From positions 1,029,161 to 1,077,483 of the forward strand of contig CP070695.1 of assembly GCA_020353515.1 (NCBI GenBank): 48,323 nucleotides of DNA, given 5' to 3'. The translations under genes and the position numbers were made by a program. The stretch is from Candidatus Heimdallarchaeota archaeon (GTDB lineage Archaea > Asgardarchaeota > Heimdallarchaeia > Hodarchaeales > Hodarchaeaceae). Shown here piece after piece: positions 10,801-19,113 of the stretch. Each line of letters starts with the position of its first letter. Position 1 is the stretch's first letter. The notes below the pieces were generated by a model that saw nothing but the letters and a program-made list of their open reading frames with translations, ran no database searches and was not told the DNA's origin.

Positions 10801-11264
10801 TAAGATTTCGCAGTTTCATTCACGGCAGTTCCTTGTGCAAATCCAATGGCGATTATTAGATCATAACTCCCCGAAGCAGCATAGCTGTCCAAATACCCTT
10901 GGAATTGACTTGTGTCAGTAGGTTCTACATAGGTAAATGTACACAATCCTTCGGACTCTGCTTTTTGAAGTCCAGTATACGCCATCGCATTGAAACCTCT
11001 ATCATCAATCCCACCAGTTGAGAAAACACAAGCAATTTGTATTGGAGCAGCAATTCTTGTAGTTTTAGCTCTAGTCGGTGATGGAACAAATGTTTCTCCA
11101 TTAGATTTTTTAGGAGATGATGCTCCTAGTTCTATGATCTCATTATTCGAGAATGTTGTTTGAGTTAATTGGTTTTCTTGTTTTGAAATCCAAGTATTTA
11201 ATCCAAATAAGATACTAAGAATAAATATTAAGAAGAAGAATCTTTTAGATTTCATTATTTCCAC
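7899..11264 (-). CDS. Cell-surface protein: BMP (PnrA-like) substrate-binding domain + NosD/parallel beta-helix repeats + Ig/FN3-like domain + S/T/P linker + C-terminal anchor
   Basis: 'GGIDDRGFNAMAYTGL', 'EGSFLVGALA', 'GFVGGM', 'AIGVDADQ', 'SMIKRVD' (BMP); many 'NNTIxNNTxYxN..GIxL' repeats; 'YPNGGE...YSWNT...YRIRV'; hydrophobic tail followed by KKVKRK. Confidence 0.88.
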   Translation of the reverse strand: MEIMKSKRFFFLIFILSILFGLNTWISKQENQLTQTTFSNNEIIELGASSPKKSNGETFVPSPTRAKTTRIAAPIQIACVFSTGGIDDRGFNAMAYTGLQKAESEGLCTFTYVEPTDTSQFQGYLDSYAASGSYDLIIAIGFAQGTAVNETAKSYPTQAIAIIDYPVNQGNVSSFMFKEYEGSFLVGALAGLMTQTGRVGFVGGMDIALIRKFWAGFKAGVLYEKNNSYIEVFEDFVGSWGDPVTGKAIAETMWAQGVDIIFTAAGTSGDGVFESTNEQGEGFYAIGVDADQDYLYPGRILSSMIKRVDLAVYSAIKDVYDSTWSADVKELGLAEGAVGISPLNYTKEVIGSDIIQEVNVTVLNKIIGGEIIVPTNTTELTQWITDMGIVSKTYTPHDPIFITSSIQFSTMGFSGTGTLNNPYRIEGLYINATSGHLIEISGITDHFVIGANLLNGRSSAGSGIQFFTVSNGTIANNTIYNCDRGIAFWNSYNNIIVNNSMFINRYSGLNLDYSGKNIITNNVIHDHFEESGIWIDQASENNTLSYNIIYSNNQDGIRLLTSSNYNTIVNNTCYNNNWAGIRLQSANHNNTITNNTVYGNGFNGILIEGPTPSDNNTVAHNIVYSNLNHGIALWQGSSSNIILNNTIYENERSGIYIGESTNNRLIHNYIFNHDRLYGILLWDSPNHYIKDNILTNNGIFWAGSSFGRYIQTLVEDNLVNGKPFVFWVGMNGGTVPIGAGQIFLFNCTGITITGHDLHNASVGISTAFSSFLTIQHNTVYNSRWGILVDQHTNETTITNNTMFNNQGDIQLWSAYDNIVTDNRLGKGSDYGIVFDGAAHNNLIVNNTILETKINGIWLLGGTENSIEHNSFENNTNYAIVFDGATSFNYVRFNDFIENNLGGIQALDNGTDNIFDINYWSDWTSPDTNNDGIVDFPYGLDGTTGSEDFNPLTYPNPSDSCLLFFLGVLYPNGGETVDGIITIRWSWPEDSYRHPVTFTVYYSDGGGWIQLGLGLTDTSYSWNTNSISDGSSYRIRVVAICSAGVSIEDISDGTFSIENDVPIISSSEPETTAVHPTPTTTLPSSSAPTVVIGRSPGMTGIVAILSLLPLLLVKKVKRKPKS

Positions 11265-11464
11265 TTTTATCTATTTAAATCTCTTTGAAAAGCGTTATCG
11301 TTTTAAAAAAGGCGAAAGATCATATGTCACGAATGAATTCTTATACTTTTCTTGGAAAAAAAGTAAATTTCTCCTTTTCTAATCTCGAAATTTTCAGGTT
11401 GTTAAAAATAAAATCTCAAGATTACTATTAGATTTGATTTTTTTTCTCCTAGGAAGAATTTTAC

Positions 11465-11863
11465 ATGTATCTTGAAACCAATCAGAATTCTGAAACGATG
11501 GATCGTTTACACGAAATTGAACGAATCCTTCAAGAACTCCAATCAAGGATTCCTGACCTAGAAGGACTTGCAGTCGTTTCAAAGGAAGGGTTATCTATTG
11601 CAAGTATGTTATTCACGACTGTTGATGAAGATCGAATTGGTGCAATGACCGCCGCGAGTCTCTCTTTATCTGATCGAATCGTACTCGAATTAGAGCGAGG
11701 AATTATGGATCAGGTAATAATCACAGGAACAAATGGTCTAGTTATCATTCGTGATGCTGGAGAACATGCTGTGTTAGTAGGAATTGCCAAACCAAACGCA
11801 AAATTGGGCTTAGTGTTGTTGGATATCAAACGGGCAGCAGAAAAGCTCGCTGGCATAATTTGA
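11465..11863 (+). CDS. Roadblock/LC7 (MglB-like) domain protein
   Basis: 'LEGLAVVSKEGLSIAS', 'DRIGAMTAASLSL', 'ELERG', 'KLGLVLLDIKRAA'. True start may be ATG 11498. Confidence 0.93.
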   Translation: MYLETNQNSETMDRLHEIERILQELQSRIPDLEGLAVVSKEGLSIASMLFTTVDEDRIGAMTAASLSLSDRIVLELERGIMDQVIITGTNGLVIIRDAGEHAVLVGIAKPNAKLGLVLLDIKRAAEKLAGII

Positions 11864-11874
11864 AATGATGGTGT

Positions 11875-12507
11875 GTGTTGACGATGAGATTATTCAATTC
11901 CATACGATCTAATCCAAGTAAACCTTTGAAGTTAGTTATTCTGGGAGAAGGGGGAGTTGGAAAAACGACAATTGCTAAAACTTTTGTTAATAACTCCTTT
12001 TACTCTGAAGCAAAACAGACTATCGCAGTTGAATTTCATTCCAAGATTTTCTCCATTGGCGTAGGTCAAGACGCAAAAATTCAATTGTGGGATTTAGGAG
12101 GGCAAGAACAATTTAAAAACATGAAAACGGTCTTTAAAAGATTCTGTGAAGGAGCTGATGGTGCCCTTCTATGTTTTGATCTGACTGATATAGGATCTCT
12201 TTTTGCACTTCCTGAATGGATCGATTTTCTTGATAAAGATGTACCTCGGTTTTTGATTGGCACAAAATATGATATTGCAACTATTGAAGAACGAAATGTC
12301 TTTCTCAACAACTTCGTTCAAAGGTTTAATTGCGAATTTTCCTTTAAATGCACTTCAAAAGATGTAGAAACTGTGGAAAATATTTTTAAGCAGGTAATTA
12401 TATTTATCAAAGACTTCAAAGAAGTTCAATTGAATAAATCACCAGAATCACTGACACAACGACCTAAATGGATGGATTTTATCCCCTCGTACCATGAATC
12501 TAGTTAG
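11875..12507 (+). CDS. Rab-like small GTPase
   Basis: G1 GEGGVGKT, G2 TIAVEF, G3 WDLGGQ, G4 GTKYD, G5-like CTSK. No C-terminal prenylation cysteines. Confidence 0.92.
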   Translation: MLTMRLFNSIRSNPSKPLKLVILGEGGVGKTTIAKTFVNNSFYSEAKQTIAVEFHSKIFSIGVGQDAKIQLWDLGGQEQFKNMKTVFKRFCEGADGALLCFDLTDIGSLFALPEWIDFLDKDVPRFLIGTKYDIATIEERNVFLNNFVQRFNCEFSFKCTSKDVETVENIFKQVIIFIKDFKEVQLNKSPESLTQRPKWMDFIPSYHESS

Positions 12508-12640
12508 ATCGAAAAACTGTTTCTTATATACAAGTTTCTTTCCTATTTTCCCTATTTTTCAATGTCCTACTCAATTTTGATTATTCTATTAATAGGGAAA
12601 AAATCATAATCCTTTCACCAGATTCAGAAATACGAGTCCA

Positions 12641-14017
12641 ATGTCATATTCATCAATGGTAGAAATTCTAAAAAAGGCTGAAACTGGTCCGATTTGCCTC
12701 GAGAATGACTTTGATCGTAAAATTTTGATATTAAAACTTAAAGAAGTAATAAAGGAGTATGATATCAAATTTGACCCAGATAGCTTGATACCAAATGACA
12801 ATTCACTTGCTGATGATGTTTTTAATGCTGCTTTTGAACTTTATTTAGAAACAGGTACTCTTTGTGTGAGTACTCACCGTCAAATTAAATTTGAGGAAGC
12901 GGAGATCAAAGAGGCTTTGAAAAATGCACCCAAACACATCATTTTTGGTGAGGGGGTTGATAAAAGAGAAATGACTCCAAGACGGATAGAGGACTCTAAT
13001 CCCCCCCTTTGTTTAACTTCTGGTGGGGGGGAAATATCTGAGGATATTTATATTCAGGTAGTTCAAAGTTATGCTCAAGAACCATTAGCTGACACAGTAA
13101 GTGGAGGGTGTCCACTACACACAATATTTGGGGTGATTCCAAAAGCAGGTGCTCCTGCAGAGGTGTTAGCTTCAATGTACAATGTTATCTATTCAAAAGA
13201 GGGGGCTAAACGAGCTGGTCGTTCAGGAATTGGATTCCACAACCTGTTGGGAACAGCACTCTCATCCGCAGCTTACGTTTCCGCGAGTCAATCAGAACTC
13301 GGGGTCAGACCTGTAGATGGAAACCTTATCGCCTCACTTGCAGAACTTAAAACAGATTACAGCCAACTCACTAAAGCACTATATTACTCTGAGAGGAAAA
13401 ATATTATCCCTGGAGCTGTGTATGTACCTTTGATGGGAGGATATGGTGGTGGTCCTGAAGGAACTGCTATTGTTACACTCGCCCACCATTTGCAGGGGCT
13501 CCTTGTCCATCACGTTGCTTATTCAGACTTTCCAGTCACTCATCTCAAATATTCTTGTAGTACAGCACAGGAGTCCTTGTGGTGTGCGGGTATTGTAGGT
13601 CAAGCTCTTAGCCGAAATACACATCTCTTGACTGCAGCAGAAGCAATCACGGCAGCTGGCCCTTGTACAGGGATGTGTTTATACGAGATTGCAGCAAGTT
13701 CAATCGTTGGAACCGTTTCTGGGATCCATATCAATAACGCCTCAGCGGCGAAAAGCCAATATCTTGATCGTGAAACAGGAATGGAGGCAAGAATTGGGTG
13801 TGAAGTTGGTCATGCAGCAACAGGAATGAAAAGAACTGATGCAAACGAGTTAGTTAAACAACTTCTTCAGAAGTATAATCAGAATCTTGAAAATCCTCCA
13901 CTTGGTAAGAAATTCCAAGAATGTTATGATATTAACACAGTAAAACCGTCTAAAGAGTATGTTGACGTTTACATGAAAGTTAAGAAGGAATTACAAGAAC
14001 TTGGACTTCAATTTTAA
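12641..14017 (+). CDS. mtmB: Monomethylamine:corrinoid methyltransferase (MtmB) family protein, pyrrolysine-free
   Basis: 'KEYDIKFD', 'AGRSG', 'ELKTD', 'GGYGGGPEGTAI', 'AGPCTGMCLYE', 'TGMEAR', 'GKKFQECYD'. No in-frame TAG; His200 aligns to Pyl. Confidence 0.9.
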   Translation: MSYSSMVEILKKAETGPICLENDFDRKILILKLKEVIKEYDIKFDPDSLIPNDNSLADDVFNAAFELYLETGTLCVSTHRQIKFEEAEIKEALKNAPKHIIFGEGVDKREMTPRRIEDSNPPLCLTSGGGEISEDIYIQVVQSYAQEPLADTVSGGCPLHTIFGVIPKAGAPAEVLASMYNVIYSKEGAKRAGRSGIGFHNLLGTALSSAAYVSASQSELGVRPVDGNLIASLAELKTDYSQLTKALYYSERKNIIPGAVYVPLMGGYGGGPEGTAIVTLAHHLQGLLVHHVAYSDFPVTHLKYSCSTAQESLWCAGIVGQALSRNTHLLTAAEAITAAGPCTGMCLYEIAASSIVGTVSGIHINNASAAKSQYLDRETGMEARIGCEVGHAATGMKRTDANELVKQLLQKYNQNLENPPLGKKFQECYDINTVKPSKEYVDVYMKVKKELQELGLQF

Positions 14018-14059
14018 TGATAACCAGATTTAACCGACGAAATAAAAAGTATTGGGCTC

Positions 14060-14167
14060 GTGTGCTATTTAGAGGAACGACATTTAAGGAAAAAACATAA
14101 AGAAGAGTATGAAAACTATCTAAAAAGCACTCCTAGATGGATTGGTATTCCGAAGTCAGAAAAGTAA
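14060..14167 (+). pseudogene. 3' remnant of an isoprenylcysteine carboxyl methyltransferase (ICMT/STE14/PEMT-like) gene
   Basis: Translates as VCYLEERHLRKKHKEEYENYLKSTPRWIGIPKSEK*, the 'EE..L....EY..Y...(T/V)PRW' C-terminal signature. The 5' TM-encoding part is absent. Confidence 0.65.
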
Positions 14168-14174
14168 TCATGTC

Positions 14175-14708
14175 TTACATGAACTCTGTCAAACTTTTCT
14201 TTCGTGATTCTAAAGCTAATAGTTTTTCTTTCCTCCATAAACCTCCGCCATAACCATGTAAAGTTCCATTACTTGCGATCACACGATGACAAGGAACAAC
14301 TATCGCAACTGGATTATTGCCATTCGCTCTTCCAACTGCACGAGATGCAGAGGGGTTACCAATCACCCGAGCAATATCAATATAAGATCTAGTCTCTCCG
14401 TAAGGTATCTTTTGCAATTCCTTCCATACAGAGATCTCAAAAGTAGTTCCCCTTAAATCAAGGGAAATGGAGAAATTTTGTAATTTTCTTTCAAAATAAT
14501 CCTTAAGCTCGCTCTCAAGCTTATCAAGCGTCGAATGGGTTCCTTCGGTACAGTCCATTTTGTACCACTTATTGTATCGGGAGTTTATATCGATTAAACT
14601 ATGCTTGTCACGGAATTCTAGAAGACAACACCCTTTAGAGGTTGTTCCAGCGATTAGAGTTCCTAAAGGGCTATCCATATATCGATAGACTATCGTAGGA
14701 TTAGACAT
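14175..14708 (-). CDS. ogt: Methylated-DNA--protein-cysteine methyltransferase (Ogt/AdaB)
   Basis: 'GTTFEISVW', 'IPYGETRSY', 'RAVGRANG', active site 'PCHRV', 'GYGGGL'. Likely start is ATG 14708 (MSNPTI), overlapping the adaA stop, rather than 14801. Confidence 0.93.
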   Translation of the reverse strand: MSNPTIVYRYMDSPLGTLIAGTTSKGCCLLEFRDKHSLIDINSRYNKWYKMDCTEGTHSTLDKLESELKDYFERKLQNFSISLDLRGTTFEISVWKELQKIPYGETRSYIDIARVIGNPSASRAVGRANGNNPVAIVVPCHRVIASNGTLHGYGGGLWRKEKLLALESRKKSLTEFM

Positions 14709-15243
14709 GTCGAGAATCTCGTGGAGAATGACCAAACTCCTTAAAGAAAGCTGTTCTAAACCCACTATAGGATTTAAACCCGCAATGAGATGGGAGCTCA
14801 TTTGAATTCACTCCCTGTTGTATTAATTCTTTAGCATAAGCCAGGCGTAGTTTTCGGTGGAAAGCCATGGGAGTTAAGCGGTAGTGATTCTTGAAATGCC
14901 GTCTAATGGTAGAAATCTCTACTCCTGTAATTTGAACCAAGGTTTTCTCATTAATTCTTTCGGAGACATTCCTTTTCATATATGATAGAACCTTATCTAA
15001 CCAATTAGGCATAATATTGGGAAATAAATCTGGTTTACACCGTTTACAGCTTCGATATCCTGTATCAATTGCTTCCTCTCGCGTTAAAAAAAATACCATA
15101 TTTTCTTCGAGAGATAATCTTGCCTTACAAGACGGAAGACAAAAGATTTTCATCGTACGTGCCCCCACATAAAATTGACCATCGTATGAAGCATCACGTC
15201 TTATTCGTGCCTTTACCATTTCTTCATACGAGAGATTTCTCAT
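14701..15243 (-). CDS. adaA: AdaA-like methylphosphotriester-DNA methyltransferase / AraC-type regulator
   Basis: 'RDASYDGQFYVG', Zn ligands 'CLPSC...CKRC', AraC-like C-terminal 'RHFK...TP...RL..AKEL...CGF.S.S.F..AF..EFG.SP'. Confidence 0.9.
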   Translation of the reverse strand: MRNLSYEEMVKARIRRDASYDGQFYVGARTMKIFCLPSCKARLSLEENMVFFLTREEAIDTGYRSCKRCKPDLFPNIMPNWLDKVLSYMKRNVSERINEKTLVQITGVEISTIRRHFKNHYRLTPMAFHRKLRLAYAKELIQQGVNSNELPSHCGFKSYSGFRTAFFKEFGHSPRDSRHV

Positions 15244-15334
15244 GATTAGAGGTCATTTCTTGGTAATTTTAAACATTGTGCCGATTTTCGAGCAAGTAAT
15301 TCAGTATCAATTTGTATTGATGTGGAAAGAACCA

Positions 15335-16720
15335 TCAGTAAATGAATGGAATCCCAAGATCCTCAAGCGCCTTACGAATGTTGTGATAAAGATCCAAATA
15401 TTCTGTGGTAGGTTTACATCGTTTCACGTCATAACATTCTCGGAAATTTTTTCCTAAGGGAGCATCTTCTATATTTTCTTCATATGTCTTGAGAAGAGTA
15501 AGAACAAGCTCATTAACATCACTTCTTGATAGGTTCGCATTAGATACCCCATACCCCACCTCGCCAGCTAATCGGGCTTCCAAGGGTGTCGCATAGTTCT
15601 TGTGTCTATTCTTTGCAACCGCCATAATCCAAAGATTTGAACCAGAAACAACTGAAGCGAGAGCGTGGGTTGCTGCTTCTCTTAATACCATAGGTGTACA
15701 TGGTCCAGCAGCAGCATAACTAGCAGATAAAGAGATTAAATTACTTTTACGAGCTACAGCTTGATGGGTTACTGACAACACCCAAAGTAACTCTCGCGTT
15801 GTGTTACATGTGTGTTTTAAGTGAAAGGGAAAGTACACCATAAAGTGTGCTTGGTTGACAAGGAGTCCCATTAAATGATACGCTACACCAACGATCGCAG
15901 TTCCTTCTGGTCCACCAGCATACCCCCCAAGGATTGGTCCTGCCAATGCCCCAACAAAACACCCATAAGTATGGAAATGAACCATTTTATTCAAAAGGGA
16001 GTTATCAATTTTGAGTTCTGTGATACTGGCGACAAAACGACCATCAGTCAAGCGTTCCCCGAATTCAGGGTTACTAGCAGCAATTTGAGCGGCATCAGAT
16101 TCCGCAGTTCCCACACTCTTCAGAAAGATCCCAGGACGGCCAACTCGTCGGGCAGCCTCCCGGAACATCATAGTATGAGCAACGGCGCCTTTTATTTCCG
16201 AAGGATATCCTGATCTGATAGGCATTCCTTCAATTTCGTCAAGAATCGGAGCACAGACACCATCAGCTAGAGGTTCTTGTAGATAAGCCATGCTCATAGG
16301 AAGGAAAAGATCCTCATCACAGGTAATATCAGGTGTAAACATGCAGAAAGGAGGTTTATGATCTTCAATCCGCCGATACGTGAGCTCTCTAGAGTCACGT
16401 CCGAAACCAAGGGTAAATTTACCTGGGAAGTTTCCTAGAGCCTCCTTAACTTCTTCCTCTGAGAACATAATTCTCCGATGAGTGTCATTACAGAGTGTTC
16501 CGATTTTTAGGTAGAGATCAATGCCTGCCTCCCAAAGACTATCAGCTAGGGATGGATCTTCTGGAACTGGTGTAGCGGGATCAAAAGCGATATCATATTC
16601 CTTGATCACTCTCCTAAGCTCAGGGACAAGAAGTTTGAGATCATAATCCTTTTCTAGACAAACAGGACCATTCTGAGCTCTATCCAGCACTTCATTGATT
16701 CGCCATGGAGGAGTGACCAT
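15335..16720 (-). CDS. mtmB: MtmB family methyltransferase, pyrrolysine-free, second paralogue
   Basis: 'KEYDIAFD', 'VGRPG', 'ELKID', 'GGYAGGPEGTAI', 'NTTRE', 'AGPCT', 'APLGKNFRECYD'. Lys201 (AAG) aligns to Pyl. GGTGA SD upstream. Confidence 0.9.
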   Translation of the reverse strand: MVTPPWRINEVLDRAQNGPVCLEKDYDLKLLVPELRRVIKEYDIAFDPATPVPEDPSLADSLWEAGIDLYLKIGTLCNDTHRRIMFSEEEVKEALGNFPGKFTLGFGRDSRELTYRRIEDHKPPFCMFTPDITCDEDLFLPMSMAYLQEPLADGVCAPILDEIEGMPIRSGYPSEIKGAVAHTMMFREAARRVGRPGIFLKSVGTAESDAAQIAASNPEFGERLTDGRFVASITELKIDNSLLNKMVHFHTYGCFVGALAGPILGGYAGGPEGTAIVGVAYHLMGLLVNQAHFMVYFPFHLKHTCNTTRELLWVLSVTHQAVARKSNLISLSASYAAAGPCTPMVLREAATHALASVVSGSNLWIMAVAKNRHKNYATPLEARLAGEVGYGVSNANLSRSDVNELVLTLLKTYEENIEDAPLGKNFRECYDVKRCKPTTEYLDLYHNIRKALEDLGIPFIY

Positions 16721-16742
16721 CTAATTCACCATTTTTAACAAA

Positions 16743-17915
16743 TCATTTCAAATCTCCAAGAAACTTAGATGCAATGAGGGTGAACATCTGAGATAATGGT
16801 AGTAACTCATCCAGTAATACAAACTCATTTTTTTGGTGTGCCACTTCCTGAGGTGGACCCAGATGTAAACAGGGAATATTTGCCTCTCCCGAGAAGATGT
16901 TAGCATCAGTTATCCCTGATGTGTATTCATAAAGAGGTGGATGTCCCATTATCTGTCTGTAGATGGTATCAAATATCCGAATAATAGGCTCATCGCGATC
17001 CAACACGAATGCTTCATATTGAGGAGGTTTTATCTTTACCTCTACTTCAGCGGTGAGATCTAAGGATTCAACTAACCTTTCCATATCTTCTATAGCTGTC
17101 TCAACTGTTTCCCCAGGAACAAGTAATCGATTTACTTCCATCCGAGCAGAAGCAGGAACCACTACTGAATATACATCTTTATAACCACCTTCAATTTTCA
17201 ATGTAGAATAATTTCCTCTTCCAAAATCAGGGTGATTCTTGAAATCCAGTTTGTGTAAGTTAGCAAGTATTATCCCTAGTTCCTCAATCGCATTTAGACC
17301 CAGATGCGGACGAAAACCATGAGCTGCTTTCCCTTTTACTATGATATCATATAGAATTTTTCCAGTAATCCCGAGGGGAATTGGTTTAACACCATCTCCA
17401 GGGTAAGGTTCAGGTATAACAATGGCATCAACTTTAGCATAATCTGTTAGAAGCATTGCCTTCGCCCCCTTACCATAAGCTTCTTCATCAATCACTCCTG
17501 AAAAAGATAATTCACCATTGAAGGAATAATTAGATTCAATGAACGCTCGCAGCATATTCAAACTACACGCAATGCCGGCTTTCATGTCACATGCTCCCAG
17601 ACCGAATATTTTCCCATCTTTAATCACTGGTGTAAAAGGATCAGTGTCCCATCCATCTACAACAGGAACTGTATCCATGTGTCCATTGAAGTTAAGCCTT
17701 TTACCAGGTTTATTGCCAGCTAATCGTGCATAAATATTAGACCTACCTGGTTCTACTAAATCTAATTCACCTTTCAAACCAAGAGCTTCTACTTCGTTCT
17801 TGAGATAGTCTGCTAGCTCCCCCTCATTCCCTACAATGGAATCAATGCGAATCATATCCTCCAAAAGTCGTCGTGTGTACGCTAAGTCAAGCTTGGAGAG
17901 TAATTCTTCAGTCAT
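16743..17915 (-). CDS. M20 family metallo-amidohydrolase (ArgE/DapE-like)
   Basis: 'NGHMDTV', 'GLGACDMKAG', 'DEE', 'GKAAHG', 'AHQKNE'. 22 bp upstream of the second mtmB on the same strand. Confidence 0.92.
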   Translation of the reverse strand: MTEELLSKLDLAYTRRLLEDMIRIDSIVGNEGELADYLKNEVEALGLKGELDLVEPGRSNIYARLAGNKPGKRLNFNGHMDTVPVVDGWDTDPFTPVIKDGKIFGLGACDMKAGIACSLNMLRAFIESNYSFNGELSFSGVIDEEAYGKGAKAMLLTDYAKVDAIVIPEPYPGDGVKPIPLGITGKILYDIIVKGKAAHGFRPHLGLNAIEELGIILANLHKLDFKNHPDFGRGNYSTLKIEGGYKDVYSVVVPASARMEVNRLLVPGETVETAIEDMERLVESLDLTAEVEVKIKPPQYEAFVLDRDEPIIRIFDTIYRQIMGHPPLYEYTSGITDANIFSGEANIPCLHLGPPQEVAHQKNEFVLLDELLPLSQMFTLIASKFLGDLK

Positions 17916-18071
17916 AGTGAATCCCGATGTAAAAGGAAAAAATGCCCTTAAAAATCTGCTTAGTGTACTCAGTATGTATATTGTACACGAATCTTTATTA
18001 GTATTAATTTCACGGTAGATAACTGGTTGATAGGCTATTCCTGACCTATTCTTAATTTATCTTAAAGTTAT

Positions 18072-18806
18072 ATGAATGTGATGCAATTTTCAGGACGAAT
18101 GAATCTAATGACAACTGAGAATCTAAATAAAAATGGAGCTAATGAACCTGTAACTTGTACTTGGGATACTAATTCTGAATGTGATGTTTGTCCAATTCAT
18201 AGAGCACTTGATTGTAAATGGGAGAGAAAACATCTAATCAGATTTTATCTTAACGGTTTGCCGTTTTTCATACCTACAGCAATTGGAATGATATTAACTA
18301 TCATTTGGACTGGAAATTGGACTGGATTCATCATTTATGCCGCTTTTTGGATGTTCTTTTTCGGATTTTTCGAGATTTATGTATTATGTCGTCACTGTCC
18401 TTATTATTCCGAAGAAGGAAGAATTCTGCATTGTCTAGCGAACCATGGTTTATTAAAAATATGGAAATACAACCCTGGAACAATGAATAGATGGGAAAAA
18501 GCAGGATTGCTCATCGGACTCATATTGTTTCTAGGAATTCCAGTCGTTACTTTCATCTTTGGAACATTAACTCTTTATGAAGCAGAAACTGGAATTTTCT
18601 TTGTAATAATATTAAGTGGTATAACATTCCTTACTTTTGGAGGAACTCTAATTTTTGGGAAGAATTTAGTAACTAAAATTTGTCCACATTGTGTTAACTT
18701 TTCATGTCCCTTGAATCGTGTACCAAAAGAGGTAAGAGATGCCTACTTAAAGAGAAATCCTGTAATGAAACAAGCTTGGGAAAAGACAGGTTATAGATTA
18801 GGGTAG
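18072..18806 (+). CDS. Cys-rich 4-TM membrane protein of unknown function
   Basis: 'CDVCP...C', 'CRHCPYY...HC', 'CPHCVNFSCPLN' around four hydrophobic helices. Confidence 0.7.
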   Translation: MNVMQFSGRMNLMTTENLNKNGANEPVTCTWDTNSECDVCPIHRALDCKWERKHLIRFYLNGLPFFIPTAIGMILTIIWTGNWTGFIIYAAFWMFFFGFFEIYVLCRHCPYYSEEGRILHCLANHGLLKIWKYNPGTMNRWEKAGLLIGLILFLGIPVVTFIFGTLTLYEAETGIFFVIILSGITFLTFGGTLIFGKNLVTKICPHCVNFSCPLNRVPKEVRDAYLKRNPVMKQAWEKTGYRLG

Positions 18807-19113
18807 ATCTCCTCCTAATTCCGCTTTGTTTGATGATATGATTTAAACCAACGTTAATGAATGTTTTTCATGTAAAAAATTTAACGATTCGTTTTCATTT
18901 CTAGGATACTCAACAGGAAAATTCCTATGAAAATCCTTTCATGCCAATGTTAAACGATATTATACGTATCGATATACGTATTTTCATCAACATTTTTCAT
19001 CCCCCTTTACAAAAGAAGGTCAGAATTTTTCACTTAATCCATGTTGTATTGATAATTATATCGTTTTAAATAAAATTTTTAACTTACCCGATGTTTGATA
19101 TTCATCTCCCTCA

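Noticed and set aside
12641-16720. Pyrrolysine recoding or methanogenesis
   Set aside because: No in-frame TAG, and no pyl, mcr or corrinoid genes in the window.
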